Assembly: GCA_964583985.1 (NCBI GenBank)
Contig: CAZOYD010000002.1
Coordinates: 1 to 64,000, forward strand
From: an uncultured archaeon
GTDB lineage: Archaea > Asgardarchaeota > Lokiarchaeia > Sigyniarchaeales > SOKP01
Reading direction: 5' to 3'
DNA length: 64,000 nt
The notes below the pieces were generated by a model. That model did not search any database. It was given only the letters and a program-made list of their open reading frames with translations, and had not been told where the DNA came from. Position 1 is the first letter of the stretch, and each line of letters opens with the position of its first letter. Position numbers and translations under genes: made by a program. Shown piece by piece: positions 49,991 to 59,702 of the stretch.

Positions 49991-51103
49991 TTACTTCTCA
50001 ATTATGGTTTCTTTGACTGCAGTACCAAAATGAGTAGCACCAGGACCCACATATATTAATACTTCATCATTGATTTTAATATCAACTACTGGAAGAATTT
50101 TACCGTTTGCATCAACAAGTCTCACCGTTTCTGCATTTTGACAAATATAATTAATATAAATGACGTTATCCTCTATTAAAGCTTCTAGTTCAAATCTAAG
50201 CATGGGTCGAGTTTCAATTTTTACACGACTCACAGTAGCTATCCTAGTATTTCCTTCAATATCTATAATATAGACCTGATCTCCTCCTCTCAGCTCACTT
50301 AAATACTTGGTACGATATAATTCTTGTTTTTCGGAGGGAACTAATATATAAGCTGAAACATCCCCCGCGTTAACCCGAAATGGTCTTGAAGATACAAAAT
50401 TAGTATCAAATACTTCAGCATGTACTAATACAAATCCTTTAGCTGTACTCCCTATGAGCATGCCCTCACCTACTTCAAGAAGTGATGTTGTATCCACGCA
50501 TACTCGCTCACTTTCAGGTATGCTTTGAATGCCTATAACCTTCGCTTTCGTTAAGTTTATCTTCTGATATGATTTAGTAAATTTTTTCAATTCCTCTAAT
50601 TCATCTAAGTATTTGGGGGCGTATAAAATTCCATCAACCCCTATTTCCAAAACATTAAGCATTAATTCAGCTTCTTTAATTGAATAAACTTCTGCTATTA
50701 ATTTTGTATTGTTAGAGTGCATTGCAGCAATAAGGTTTTCATAAGGTATTATCTTCCAATTTTTTGCTCTAACGATTATAAAATCAAGTAAATTGGTTTC
50801 GGATAGCTTTATAATTATATTCTCATCTTCTTTTGTCGCCAACTCTCTATAAATCCCAATCTTTACCAAATTTGATTCTCTTTTAGATATAAATCTTTTT
50901 AATTCATCTAAACTTGAACAAATCAGATTTTTTACTGGTAATGAAAGATCTTTGGAATATGTATTTAATCTCTCAAATTGCAATATTTCTTGAAACATTT
51001 CTTTTGAAATCAGAATATCCAAGAAATTATGATTTAAAGCTTCTTGAATTAATTCTTTATATTTCGGGGGTTTCTGTTCAAAATTAAGAATGATAGTCTT
51101 CAT
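49991..51103 (-). CDS. 3-dehydroquinate synthase II (AroB')
   Basis: WKIIPYENLIA, ERVCVDT, SRPFRVNAG, KIETRPM, QNAETVRL. Confidence 0.93.
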   Translation of the reverse strand: MKTIILNFEQKPPKYKELIQEALNHNFLDILISKEMFQEILQFERLNTYSKDLSLPVKNLICSSLDELKRFISKRESNLVKIGIYRELATKEDENIIIKLSETNLLDFIIVRAKNWKIIPYENLIAAMHSNNTKLIAEVYSIKEAELMLNVLEIGVDGILYAPKYLDELEELKKFTKSYQKINLTKAKVIGIQSIPESERVCVDTTSLLEVGEGMLIGSTAKGFVLVHAEVFDTNFVSSRPFRVNAGDVSAYILVPSEKQELYRTKYLSELRGGDQVYIIDIEGNTRIATVSRVKIETRPMLRFELEALIEDNVIYINYICQNAETVRLVDANGKILPVVDIKINDEVLIYVGPGATHFGTAVKETIIEK

Positions 51104-51265
51104 ATCTCATTCCACTATAAAAATAAAATTTGGACTATGAAAGATTAAAGATTTGAAATTATTTTATATAAACTAAATTCTATTAAAATATTTAAGTCAA
51201 AAATATCTTAATTATTATTAAAGAGAAATAATTAATATAAACTTCCAATATAGAGATGAAACCTA

Positions 51266-51919
51266 GTGGGAATTAAGAAGAAACTTTTTCCAAGAAAAGC
51301 TCAAGAGAAGGAAGAACTAGTAGCAAAGGCTAAGGGACATATACGAAAGATGGCTTTAGTGAATAAAACCTACAGTAAAAGATCAGAAATCGCAAGAAAA
51401 AATGCTAAAATTGCTTTGAAGCGCGGTGAAAGAGAAAGAGCCAAAAATTATTTAATCCAATTTAAGCAATATCAACAGAAAGTTGACCGGGCTAACAACA
51501 TCCGTGCTAAGATTGAACGTCAAATCGAAGCAATTGAGGAGGGACAAATGATCTCAATGACTGGTGATTTAATGGGAGGAATTCGTGATGAGCTTGAAGT
51601 TATTGCAACCAAGGCATCTCCCACCAAAATTGCTGAAATTGCTGAAGATTCTGAAGCTTATGTCTCTGAAATAGAAGAGTCCGCTGAGATTTTAGCAGGA
51701 GATCCTGAAATTGACTTGGCCATTGATGTTACAGATGAATTAAATCAACTTGAAACCGAGATGCTACTCGATCAAGGTGGTCAGATACCCGAAGTACCTT
51801 CAGATGATTTACAATACATATCAGAGTTTGATAGCGAAGAAGAAGAGCCTGAAATACGGACTAAAGCAAAATTAGAGGATGAGATTGATAAATTACGTAA
51901 GGAGCTTGAAGGCAGTTAA
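51266..51919 (+). CDS. ESCRT-III / Snf7 family protein
   Basis: Basic helical N-half (AKIALKRGERERAKNYL), acidic C-half (VTDELNQLE..IPEVPS), terminal LEDEIDKLRKEL MIM1-like helix. Confidence 0.82.
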   Translation: MGIKKKLFPRKAQEKEELVAKAKGHIRKMALVNKTYSKRSEIARKNAKIALKRGERERAKNYLIQFKQYQQKVDRANNIRAKIERQIEAIEEGQMISMTGDLMGGIRDELEVIATKASPTKIAEIAEDSEAYVSEIEESAEILAGDPEIDLAIDVTDELNQLETEMLLDQGGQIPEVPSDDLQYISEFDSEEEEPEIRTKAKLEDEIDKLRKELEGS

Positions 51920-51976
51920 AAGCATAACAATAGAAAGAGAAATTCAATCAATTTTATGAAATTATAACTTCTTATT

Positions 51977-54076
51977 TTATGAATAGTATCTCCTACCATC
52001 AAATTCTCGAGATTTTTCTTTAATATCTTCAATTTCTTCCAATTCTTGAGTTAAATCCTCATAATTCTTATCAATTGTGTATATCTGTTTCTGAAGGTTT
52101 TTAAAGGTCCTAAAGTAGTCAACTTCAGAGATTATGCCTTGATCAAATTTTGTATTTAGTGCCTTCAAGGTTTCGTCCAAACTATATTTTTCCTTTTCGA
52201 GATCTCTTAACTTTCTAAGTTTATCTTTTTCTTTTTTTGAATACTTTCTATTGGTATTTATGTCATTTAAAGCGAAATCATCTTGTTTAAAATATTCTGA
52301 TAAATGAATTTTAGAGTAATCGTCGTATAATCCTATTTTTCCTTCATTTATATTTGTATATAAACCATGATCTCTTTGGTGGATATCAAATGCTCCATTT
52401 ATCTCTGGATTTTGTGAAAGTCCATTTTTTTGAACTTGTTCGAGTTGACGCATGAGAATTTTTTTTTTATTTGGATCGATTCTTTGATTATAATATTTGG
52501 TAATGAATTGATTCCTTTCATAGTTTTGAATCCTGTTTGGATCATATAGATTTTGTGGAATAAAGCGACTATCGTAAGTAGGTTGTTTATATTGAGTGTA
52601 AGGTCTTGGGTTTCCATAAACATATAAATTTTCAGGATTTTGGTTAGGATACATGCCATTATTAGCTTGTTGGGGTGTCAAATTTTGATAATCCCTTAAA
52701 AGGACGGGCTGCGAGCCTTGATAGTTTTGAGGTTGCATATTTGGAATATAATTTATTGGATTATTATCATAAATTCGATATTGTTGTTGAAGGTTTGCAA
52801 GATCGGGAGGAATATAATTTGGTTGTCCTGCCATATTTATTGAGATCGCCTTATCTGAATTTTGATTCATGCTATTGTATTGACATTTTAAACTAAAAAA
52901 TGAATTAATAGTTTCTTCAATAAATGCGGTGATATCATTTAATTCAATATAGATATTGTTAAGCCTTTCTGCGGTTTCTTGATCATATTTAATAGTGTCA
53001 TCAAAATTTCTTGCTAAAATAATATAATCCAAAACGCGAGTAATGTTATTTGGAGGTAGAGTAAATTCATATCTCCCATAGGGAAATTCAATATATAATT
53101 TCTTGAACATTTTACCTTGGGATTTGATTTTAATTAAATCTTTTACAGGAGCTTTAAAAATGATTTCTTTCTTCTTTTTTAATTTTCCATATTCTTGTAC
53201 AAAAGACAAGTCAAGATTTGTTATAAAAAGGATTCCTCTACTTTTTTTTAATTTATCTTGAGTATTTAAACCATTAGCCAATTTGGCATAAATGGCATAA
53301 ATTGGTTTTTCATTTTCAGCTAAATTTAAGAACTTTTTATAAGTTTCAAAATAAAAGATAATTTTTTCAATAAATTTCAAATAATCCTGGATGCTTTCCA
53401 AACTTGTAGAAATGGTTTTTATATTATTATTAATGTATTCTTGAATTGAATCATTACTCCTAGTTAGATTTTCAAGAATCCCCTCTATTATAATAACATT
53501 GGCATTTGGTTGGGAATAAATATCAAAAAAATATTCCTTGTTCAACGATAAATGGTTAAAAAGAATGCTAATTTTCTCATATAAATTATCTTTTGCATAA
53601 CCTAATAATTTGAATAAAGCTAAAAGGTCAGCTTCTAAATGAGGAAAGTGATAGCATTTAATTGGAGGTGCTCGTGCGTCTTTTGTTTTTTGGCGTAGCT
53701 GATATAAATTATTAATAAGGTCATTTAAAGGTTCAATGAAATATCTCACATTTTTAATTAAATCCAAGAAACTTTTTTCTAATTCCTCTTTTTTCTCATA
53801 AATATTGATAATTGATGTGGAGTGACATTTAGGACATGCTTTTAATAGTTGACTCCCTTGATTTAACTTTTCACTCTCACAATCTTTGCAAATTCCAGAT
53901 TTACCTGAAGCATTTATTTCTATATTTTTAGAATTACAATCTTGACATACAAAATAATCAATTTTTTCTTCATGTAAGCAATCAGAACAACAACTGACTC
54001 CACAATCCTCACAGTAATAAGCCAGCTTAATATGTCTATGGCAGAATCGACAAATTTGCATATTGTGTTCCGACAT
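51977..54076 (-). CDS. Multidomain protein: Zn fingers + coiled coil + PH-like domain + N/Q/P/Y-rich linker + steadiness-box/SHOCT-like C-terminus
   Basis: Multiple CxxC; RGILFITNLDLSF; low-complexity region; SLDETLKALNTKFDQGIISEVDYFRTFKNLQKQ. Confidence 0.6.
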   Translation of the reverse strand: MSEHNMQICRFCHRHIKLAYYCEDCGVSCCSDCLHEEKIDYFVCQDCNSKNIEINASGKSGICKDCESEKLNQGSQLLKACPKCHSTSIINIYEKKEELEKSFLDLIKNVRYFIEPLNDLINNLYQLRQKTKDARAPPIKCYHFPHLEADLLALFKLLGYAKDNLYEKISILFNHLSLNKEYFFDIYSQPNANVIIIEGILENLTRSNDSIQEYINNNIKTISTSLESIQDYLKFIEKIIFYFETYKKFLNLAENEKPIYAIYAKLANGLNTQDKLKKSRGILFITNLDLSFVQEYGKLKKKKEIIFKAPVKDLIKIKSQGKMFKKLYIEFPYGRYEFTLPPNNITRVLDYIILARNFDDTIKYDQETAERLNNIYIELNDITAFIEETINSFFSLKCQYNSMNQNSDKAISINMAGQPNYIPPDLANLQQQYRIYDNNPINYIPNMQPQNYQGSQPVLLRDYQNLTPQQANNGMYPNQNPENLYVYGNPRPYTQYKQPTYDSRFIPQNLYDPNRIQNYERNQFITKYYNQRIDPNKKKILMRQLEQVQKNGLSQNPEINGAFDIHQRDHGLYTNINEGKIGLYDDYSKIHLSEYFKQDDFALNDINTNRKYSKKEKDKLRKLRDLEKEKYSLDETLKALNTKFDQGIISEVDYFRTFKNLQKQIYTIDKNYEDLTQELEEIEDIKEKSREFDGRRYYS

Positions 54077-54270
54077 TTTTACATCTAAATCCCAAGTTGA
54101 TTATGAAAAAACAAAATTATTACATAGTTCCAATAATTTTGAAGAGTTTTTTTAATTTCAATAGGTATGTTATTTAAGTAATATCTCTAAAATACCAAAA
54201 TTGGACTAATTTAAATTATAAAGAAAATGAGAAGAAGATTTTTTTCACGATTAAAATGTAAAAAACGAAA

Positions 54271-54564
54271 CTATTTAATGATCGTAATTTTGGTACCCAA
54301 AGCTTGTCCGGGTAATCCTGCTTTTTTGAAATGTGCTCTAACCGCTCCACTATTACCATGAGCTCTAGTAATTACTCCCTTCATATCTTTTCCCGTTGGG
54401 CTTATCCATAAAACAGTTCTTCCTATTAATTTATTTGCCTCTTTCTTAGTTTTAATAGCCGGGAATACTAATATGCAATGTCTAGGGTGAACTGTATGTC
54501 TTCCTCGTTTATAATTTGAAATCGCACCTTCCATTCCCAGTAAATCTAATTTATTCAATGTCAT
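54271..54564 (-). CDS. rpl35ae: 50S ribosomal protein L35Ae
   Basis: NYKRG, GVITRAHGNSGAVRAHF..LPGQALG. Confidence 0.95.
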   Translation of the reverse strand: MTLNKLDLLGMEGAISNYKRGRHTVHPRHCILVFPAIKTKKEANKLIGRTVLWISPTGKDMKGVITRAHGNSGAVRAHFKKAGLPGQALGTKITIIK

Positions 54565-54706
54565 AACATACCACTCTAAATAGTTGTATCTTTTTCTTTA
54601 ATTTGAAAAAATATTTAAAAAGATAAAAAATTTTCGATAAATAATTCTATATCCTCTTTATTATAAAAAGTAAAATTTTTGTAGATTTTAAATTTATAAT
54701 ATATCT

Positions 54707-56083
54707 ATGAAAGTTGCGTTTGGAAAGAAAGCTACGACTCCATTAAATTTCCTTGGCATGCCATTAGCTGGTTATACACGGGAAAAACCGTGTGAAGGAA
54801 AATTAGATGATATTTATGTTTATGGCATCTTAATTGAAGAAAATCAAGATTACCTTTTAATGCTTTCATTTGACACCCTTAAGTTACCTTTAGCTATCGT
54901 AGAATATATGAAAAACAAAATTACTTCAATTTTCCCTTTCATTAAAACCGAAAAAATCCTAATACATGCCACTCATACTCATGCATCCTTTGATTTAACG
55001 GGAGAATTTCATTGGCCAGGAGGAACTTTAAATATATTAAGAGGGATAATGTTTGGAGCTAATAGAAATGATTTATATATTGTTTGGCTTGTTAATAGAG
55101 TTATTCAATTGATTCAGAAATTATCCAATCGATTAGAACCATGTCGGATTGCATGGAAGAAAAAACAATTAAATCCTGATATAGTTATCAATCGAAGACA
55201 TCCGACTAGACAATCAAAACCTGAACTAGGAGTCATTGTTTTCAAACATTTAAATAAAGATGATATGATTGGCATTGTTACAAATTACTCTTGCCATCCG
55301 ACCACGCTTTCATTTAAGAATTTTAAGTTATCTGCAGATTTTCCAGGGAGGTTTATTGAACGAATCGAACAATTAACTGATAAAAAAATTAATGCAATAT
55401 ACTTCAATGGACCATCTGGAGATTTGAATCCAATTACTACAAGTGGAATTGATTATAGCGCTTTAGAAGAAGAAAAGTCGTTAATATACGATCAGTTAGG
55501 TACATATAAAGATACAATAAAAATTGGTAATATCATTGCCGAAGAAGCATTAAAATTAGCAAGGTCTATTGATAATACAGATTATTATGATTCTATAAAA
55601 ATCGTGGCAGAATCAAACGAATTTTGGGTACCAATGAAAGATGCAAAATACTTCAATAAAATATGGTTTTCAAATAAGCTATATTATTGTATTAAAAAAG
55701 TATTTCTCCTTAAGATTGCACGGTTAGCTCTTTTAAACGCGAATTTTCCCTATTTTAGCTTGAATAAAAAAGGGAGAAAAGTTAAATGCAAGACAATTGT
55801 TCAACGTTTTCAAATTTCAGGTAAAACCAGAAATGTTTCAAATACGTTAGATCTAATAACTGTACCAGGAGAATTATTTGAAGATTTAGGAAATGAGATC
55901 CTAGAAAAATCCTTGTTTGGAAGAAAGAATACGTTCATTTTTCAAAACTCACAAGATTGGATTGCTTATTTATTTAGCATAAAAGAGTATATAAATTTTG
56001 GAGGATATGAACCCTTTCCAACCTTCAGTCCATTTTCTGGGGAAATTGTCTTAAATGAGGTTTTAAACTTTTTTCAAGAATAA
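54707..56083 (+). CDS. Neutral/alkaline ceramidase-like hydrolase
   Basis: LAGY, HATHTHA, NRR, NYSCHPT, SADFPG, NGPSGDLNP, PGELF, GGYE. Confidence 0.8.
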   Translation: MKVAFGKKATTPLNFLGMPLAGYTREKPCEGKLDDIYVYGILIEENQDYLLMLSFDTLKLPLAIVEYMKNKITSIFPFIKTEKILIHATHTHASFDLTGEFHWPGGTLNILRGIMFGANRNDLYIVWLVNRVIQLIQKLSNRLEPCRIAWKKKQLNPDIVINRRHPTRQSKPELGVIVFKHLNKDDMIGIVTNYSCHPTTLSFKNFKLSADFPGRFIERIEQLTDKKINAIYFNGPSGDLNPITTSGIDYSALEEEKSLIYDQLGTYKDTIKIGNIIAEEALKLARSIDNTDYYDSIKIVAESNEFWVPMKDAKYFNKIWFSNKLYYCIKKVFLLKIARLALLNANFPYFSLNKKGRKVKCKTIVQRFQISGKTRNVSNTLDLITVPGELFEDLGNEILEKSLFGRKNTFIFQNSQDWIAYLFSIKEYINFGGYEPFPTFSPFSGEIVLNEVLNFFQE

Positions 56084-57255
56084 ATCAATTCTTCTGCCAT
56101 TTCCCAAGCATATCTGTTAGATTGTACAATTGCAGAATTTATATTCTGACTTTTGAGGAGAGATTTTTTAACTTGATCAATAACCATTTTCTCATTAAAC
56201 TTTAGTTTAGATAAATATTGATTTGTGATATTGTTATTATCAAGAGTTCTAATGAAGCGAGAATGTCGGATCCAAAACCAATCGGTATTTTGATCTATAT
56301 AAGGTCCTGATTTTAATACTATCTGATTCTCAAGAGGGAAATTGTATGGTTTATATAAGCTTAAGCACGGATGCGCACATCCAGTGAACCAATGAATAGA
56401 ATTATTTACTTTCTCTCTTAGTTCAGAAACTTGAGATCCCGTTGATTCGAATCCACCATGCATGCATATCCCAGCATCATGTTCTCTTAGAAATTCCATC
56501 ATTAGTGAAGGTGTAATTTGTCCCATGTTTTCCTTTAGTAATAATTTAGACTTCCCACCACGTGAATATGGGGTGATATCATTAGAGAAATGACTTCCTG
56601 AAAAAGTTTTGGCAAAATCAAAATCATCATCATCTTTACAATATCCCATTTTAATTGCATGATCGATAATTCCTTCACGACGAAAATCTCCCATCCCGCA
56701 TATTGATATCCCATTTGAGATCGATCTAACATCATTGACCTTCTCCACGACCCACCAATCATCAGCAGTTTCTAAAACGTATGCTTCTTTAGAATCAGCA
56801 ATAATATAAGAGTTGTGATAGGTCCAGGTAGAATCCTCATAAGAACATCCACCTCCTTGATGATATTTCTCTAATAGTTCTGCAATGATTTTAGTAGAAT
56901 TAAGGGCAGAATTACCCCGTTCTAATCCTAATCGTAGAAGATCCATTCCGAGTAATCCCTCATTTCTTAATGGTTCTCGTGTATAAACCGCTTCATTTCC
57001 AATTACCACGCCATATTCATTTGCTCCCATCTCAGCACCCCACATCCAAAAAGGTTGACTAAGAAGAATTGCAGCTGTTTCTTTAACTTGTGGTATTTTT
57101 ATATAGGTGCAGTTAAGCATATCTCCCTCATTATGATGACATTTAGGTGCATATGTGATTAATTGTATCTCATTCTGGGGGCGATCGCTATTCTTACCAA
57201 AAATTACATTTCCATTATCAGTACTATTTCCCAAAGCAACTAATGTATCACACAT
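56074..57255 (-). CDS. C69 family dipeptidase / secernin-like
   Basis: MCDT, FGKNSDR, WMWGAEMGANEYGVVIGNEAV, LLGMDLLRLGLERG. Confidence 0.92.
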   Translation of the reverse strand: MCDTLVALGNSTDNGNVIFGKNSDRPQNEIQLITYAPKCHHNEGDMLNCTYIKIPQVKETAAILLSQPFWMWGAEMGANEYGVVIGNEAVYTREPLRNEGLLGMDLLRLGLERGNSALNSTKIIAELLEKYHQGGGCSYEDSTWTYHNSYIIADSKEAYVLETADDWWVVEKVNDVRSISNGISICGMGDFRREGIIDHAIKMGYCKDDDDFDFAKTFSGSHFSNDITPYSRGGKSKLLLKENMGQITPSLMMEFLREHDAGICMHGGFESTGSQVSELREKVNNSIHWFTGCAHPCLSLYKPYNFPLENQIVLKSGPYIDQNTDWFWIRHSRFIRTLDNNNITNQYLSKLKFNEKMVIDQVKKSLLKSQNINSAIVQSNRYAWEMAEELIYS

Positions 57256-57349
57256 CCAGTGAACTTCCTGTTTTTATAATAATAAGAAATCATTCAAATA
57301 GCATTATGAATTTTTCTATTCATCATTTTATGGATGAAGATGTTAAGTT

Positions 57350-58987
57350 ATGGGAATTTTAATTAAAAAGGGATTATTAATTGATGGGAGTGGAGTATCT
57401 GGAAGAATAACAGATATCCTTATTCAAGATGATAAAATTTTACAAATTTCTCGCGATATAAAAGAAGATGGCCATAATATTATCGAGGCAACGGGAAAAA
57501 TCGTTTCTCCAGGATTCATCGATATTCATAATCACGCGGATTTAACTATTCTGGAAGCAAATAAGGCAGAAGCATTTGTTGAACAAGGAATTACTACTCT
57601 TCTCGCGTGTGTTTGTGGAATTGGTGTAGCACCAGCAAATGAAAAAGTTAAGCAGTATTACTTTAATTTTGTTAATAAAGCTTTTTGCTCTTCCCCAGAC
57701 CTATATGAGAATATGTCGAAATTTTACCAAGCACTGGAGGAAAAAGGAGTTTCAATTAATTTAGCATTTATGATACCTCAAGGTAATGTTCGAGCTTGTA
57801 TAATGGGAACTAATACTGGACTTGCAAACGAGTCTGAATTAAATGAGATGAAAAAAATTGTAAGAGATAATATGAAAGCTGGGGCATTTGGTTTATCAAC
57901 TGGTCTTGTATATCCTCCAGGATCTTCAAGTTCAACTGAAGAATTAATAGAACTCTCTAAAATAGTAAGTGAATATAATGGATTCTATGATTCACACATG
58001 AGAAATGAAGGAGCAGGAGTTATTGATATTGGAATGACTGAACTAATAAGCATAGCTCGCAAGGCAAATGTGAGAGCCCATATATCTCATTGGAGCGTAA
58101 TAAGTAGATACAAATATAAAGAATTGACACTAAAGGCAATAAATTTAATCAATACCGTAAGAGAAGAAGGACTTAACATTACAGCAGATATGACTGTTTA
58201 TGATGATGGATTCACGAGCCTTTCATTTGTCCTCTTGCCGACATGGGTTTATGATGATTTCAAGGGAAATTTGAGTGATCCAGAAATTCGAAAACGAATT
58301 AAAAAAGAAATTTTCGATAAGCTTTATTCAATGTTTTTATCAGATGCACCATTTTTTATGAAACTGATTCCTAGATTTTTATTAAAAAAGAAGATAATTC
58401 CCCTTTTAAGTAAAGCAGTTGTAGTTATTTACGCACTAAAAAATCATGATGTTGAAGGGAAAACGCTATTTGAAGCTTTAAATATTCTTTATCCAGACAA
58501 AGATCTTGAAGATGCTCTTTTAGATTATTTCATCGATGAGGAAGGTGGAATAATGATAAGGATTCAACAAAAAAATGAGGAATTAAGCATGATCCCTCTT
58601 TTCAAGCAAGAATATGTCTGTCCTAGTTCTGATGCGGTATTAATTTTAGGAAGGAATACTCACCCTCGAGCATTTGGAGCTTTTCCTCGCGTTATCGCAA
58701 GATGGGTTCGTGAACGAAATGTATTTTCCTTGGAAGAAATGATAAGAAAAATGACTTCCTTGCCAGCTTCTATTTTAGGTCTTAAAGATAGGGGAGTTAT
58801 CCAAGAAGGGAAAAAAGCTGATATTGTATTATTTGAACTAGAGAAAATTAATGAAAGGGGAACCTTACAAAATGGATGTCAGCCTCCTCTTGGTATCGAT
58901 TATGTTATCGTGAATGGTCAGATTACAGTAGAAAATGGAGAACATACTGGTATCTTAAATGGAAAAATATTAAAACATAAATCCTAA
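57350..58987 (+). CDS. N-acyl-D-amino-acid deacylase family amidohydrolase
   Basis: PGFIDIHNHAD, GLSTGLVYPPG, SHMRNE, HPRAFGAFPR, GKKADIV. Confidence 0.9.
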   Translation: MGILIKKGLLIDGSGVSGRITDILIQDDKILQISRDIKEDGHNIIEATGKIVSPGFIDIHNHADLTILEANKAEAFVEQGITTLLACVCGIGVAPANEKVKQYYFNFVNKAFCSSPDLYENMSKFYQALEEKGVSINLAFMIPQGNVRACIMGTNTGLANESELNEMKKIVRDNMKAGAFGLSTGLVYPPGSSSSTEELIELSKIVSEYNGFYDSHMRNEGAGVIDIGMTELISIARKANVRAHISHWSVISRYKYKELTLKAINLINTVREEGLNITADMTVYDDGFTSLSFVLLPTWVYDDFKGNLSDPEIRKRIKKEIFDKLYSMFLSDAPFFMKLIPRFLLKKKIIPLLSKAVVVIYALKNHDVEGKTLFEALNILYPDKDLEDALLDYFIDEEGGIMIRIQQKNEELSMIPLFKQEYVCPSSDAVLILGRNTHPRAFGAFPRVIARWVRERNVFSLEEMIRKMTSLPASILGLKDRGVIQEGKKADIVLFELEKINERGTLQNGCQPPLGIDYVIVNGQITVENGEHTGILNGKILKHKS

Positions 58988-59025
58988 AAATTGATTAACT
59001 CGTTAAAGATAACTATTAGAAAATC

Positions 59026-59613
59026 ATGTCAGTAACCGTAAATGGAGAAGGAATTCAAGTTAATGAGGAAACTTTATACCTTGGTGGATTGAATATTAAA
59101 AATATTAACCAGATATATGGTTTGAACAATTTAACAGAACTAAAAAAGCTAATATTATATAATAATAATATTTCTAACATTAACAACTTAGAATCACTTA
59201 TTAATTTAGAGAGTCTTAATTTATATGGAAATAATATCAAGGAAATCATGGGGCTAGCATCCTTGAGAAAACTTAAGACCTTATTTCTTTCGAATAACAA
59301 AATTTATGAAATTAAGGGCTTAGAAAAATTGACCAAATTGGAAAGCTTATCATTAGAGGATAATTTCATTAAAAAGATCAAGGGATTGACCGATCTTACT
59401 CAATTGATGAATTTAAATCTTTTTGATAATCAAATTTCTTGCATAGAAAATCTTGGTTCACTCAGAAAATTAAATAGTTTGAGAATAGGAAATAATCCAA
59501 TTTCTAAAAAAATTTTAGAAGAGTGTGGTGGAATCAATGAACAAGGCTATGCATTGGAAGTGCAAAACTTTGTTAAATATTGTACAAGAGAGAATAAGAA
59601 TCTTGAATTTTAA
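59026..59613 (+). CDS. SDS22-like leucine-rich repeat protein
   Basis: 22-aa repeats LxxLxLxxNxIxxIxGL. Confidence 0.88.
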   Translation: MSVTVNGEGIQVNEETLYLGGLNIKNINQIYGLNNLTELKKLILYNNNISNINNLESLINLESLNLYGNNIKEIMGLASLRKLKTLFLSNNKIYEIKGLEKLTKLESLSLEDNFIKKIKGLTDLTQLMNLNLFDNQISCIENLGSLRKLNSLRIGNNPISKKILEECGGINEQGYALEVQNFVKYCTRENKNLEF

Positions 59614-59702
59614 AATACTAAAATTAAGGCTTTGTTTCTTAATAATAAAGAATATCTATGAATTTTAAATTAATTAAATAATAGAATATATTTATTAGAA
59701 TT

